NCBI GenBank assembly: GCA_045635445.1
Contig: JAZRCE010000014.1
Span: 1-37,610 of the forward strand
Reading direction: 5' to 3'
Source of the DNA: Candidatus Aphodosoma sp.
GTDB lineage: Bacteria > Bacteroidota > Bacteroidia > Bacteroidales > Paludibacteraceae
DNA length: 37,610 bases
The translations under genes were made by a program, and so were the position numbers. Within the stretch, counting starts at the first letter, position 1, and each line of letters starts with the position of its first letter. Shown in pieces: positions 37,516-37,610 of the stretch. The notes under the pieces are model-generated. The model was not told the DNA's origin. It worked only from the letters and a program-made list of their open reading frames with translations, and did not search any database.

Positions 37516-37610
37516 TTAATTAAGAACTAAAGCTAAAATATTAAAAACAATATAAGCAATACAAGTAAAAACAATAAGACCTAAAAAGATAAATATAACG
37601 ATTTTACCCC
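37516..37610 (-). CDS. 3' end of an unidentified membrane-protein gene running off the window
   Basis: Not in the ORF track. My translation of the minus strand is ...GKIVIFIFLGLIVFTCIAYIVFNILALVLN*, with TAA at 37516-37518 only 2 nt before the ATG of the MotB-like gene. The sequence is hydrophobic and looks like a terminal TM helix. Confidence 0.4.
   Translation of the reverse strand, partial: GKIVIFIFLGLIVFTCIAYIVFNILALVLN

Noticed and set aside
34342-37610. Calling the MotB-like cluster a Zorya system
   Set aside because: No ZorA-like long-tailed MotA homolog and no ZorC/ZorD/ZorE-like genes are visible. Only the B-type subunit resemblance exists, so the named call is unsupported.

Overview
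AT-rich chromosomal segment that looks like Bacteroidota, order Bacteroidales. The taxon call rests on several TTTG/TAnnTTTG (-33/-7) promoter motifs, a T9SS-type C-terminal sorting domain, and the gene content. About 33 kb (1-33400) is ordinary core genome: nrdG; a T9SS-sorted GH13 amylase followed by a short glycogen-synthase-like gene and a DUF4270-like lipoprotein; clpC; tRNA-Lys; gpmI; a parvulin/SurA-like chaperone plus OstA-like envelope cluster; a LysM protein; fhs; a tRNA-Tyr/tRNA-Gly operon; ribH; an SGNH plus MBOAT O-acyltransferase pair; a CYTH protein; queG; a sodium:solute symporter; and engB. Small lesions and oddities in the core include an in-frame TAG that cuts off the conserved C-terminus of clpC. 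Next to it is an acyltransferase-3 pseudogene with a 1-nt frameshift and an in-frame TGA. Short tandem repeats sit immediately upstream of two start codons. The most interesting part is the right end (34278-37610, minus strand). It is a terminator-bounded operon of small envelope proteins that runs off the window edge. It holds two paralogous MotB-plug/OmpA-like stator-type subunits flanking a transglutaminase-like cysteine-peptidase lipoprotein. These are followed by an acidic lipoprotein, a small multi-TM protein and a membrane-anchored remnant of an M15-type peptidase. A separately promoted secreted NucA-type nuclease and a TPR protein lie just downstream. I cannot match this gene set to a named system; it is a candidate novel envelope or defence-type module, or alternatively a decayed prophage fragment. 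No CRISPR array, rRNA or recognisable transposase/integrase is visible. The ORF track treats TTG/GTG as starts, so several starts were moved to downstream ATGs that give proper signal peptides.
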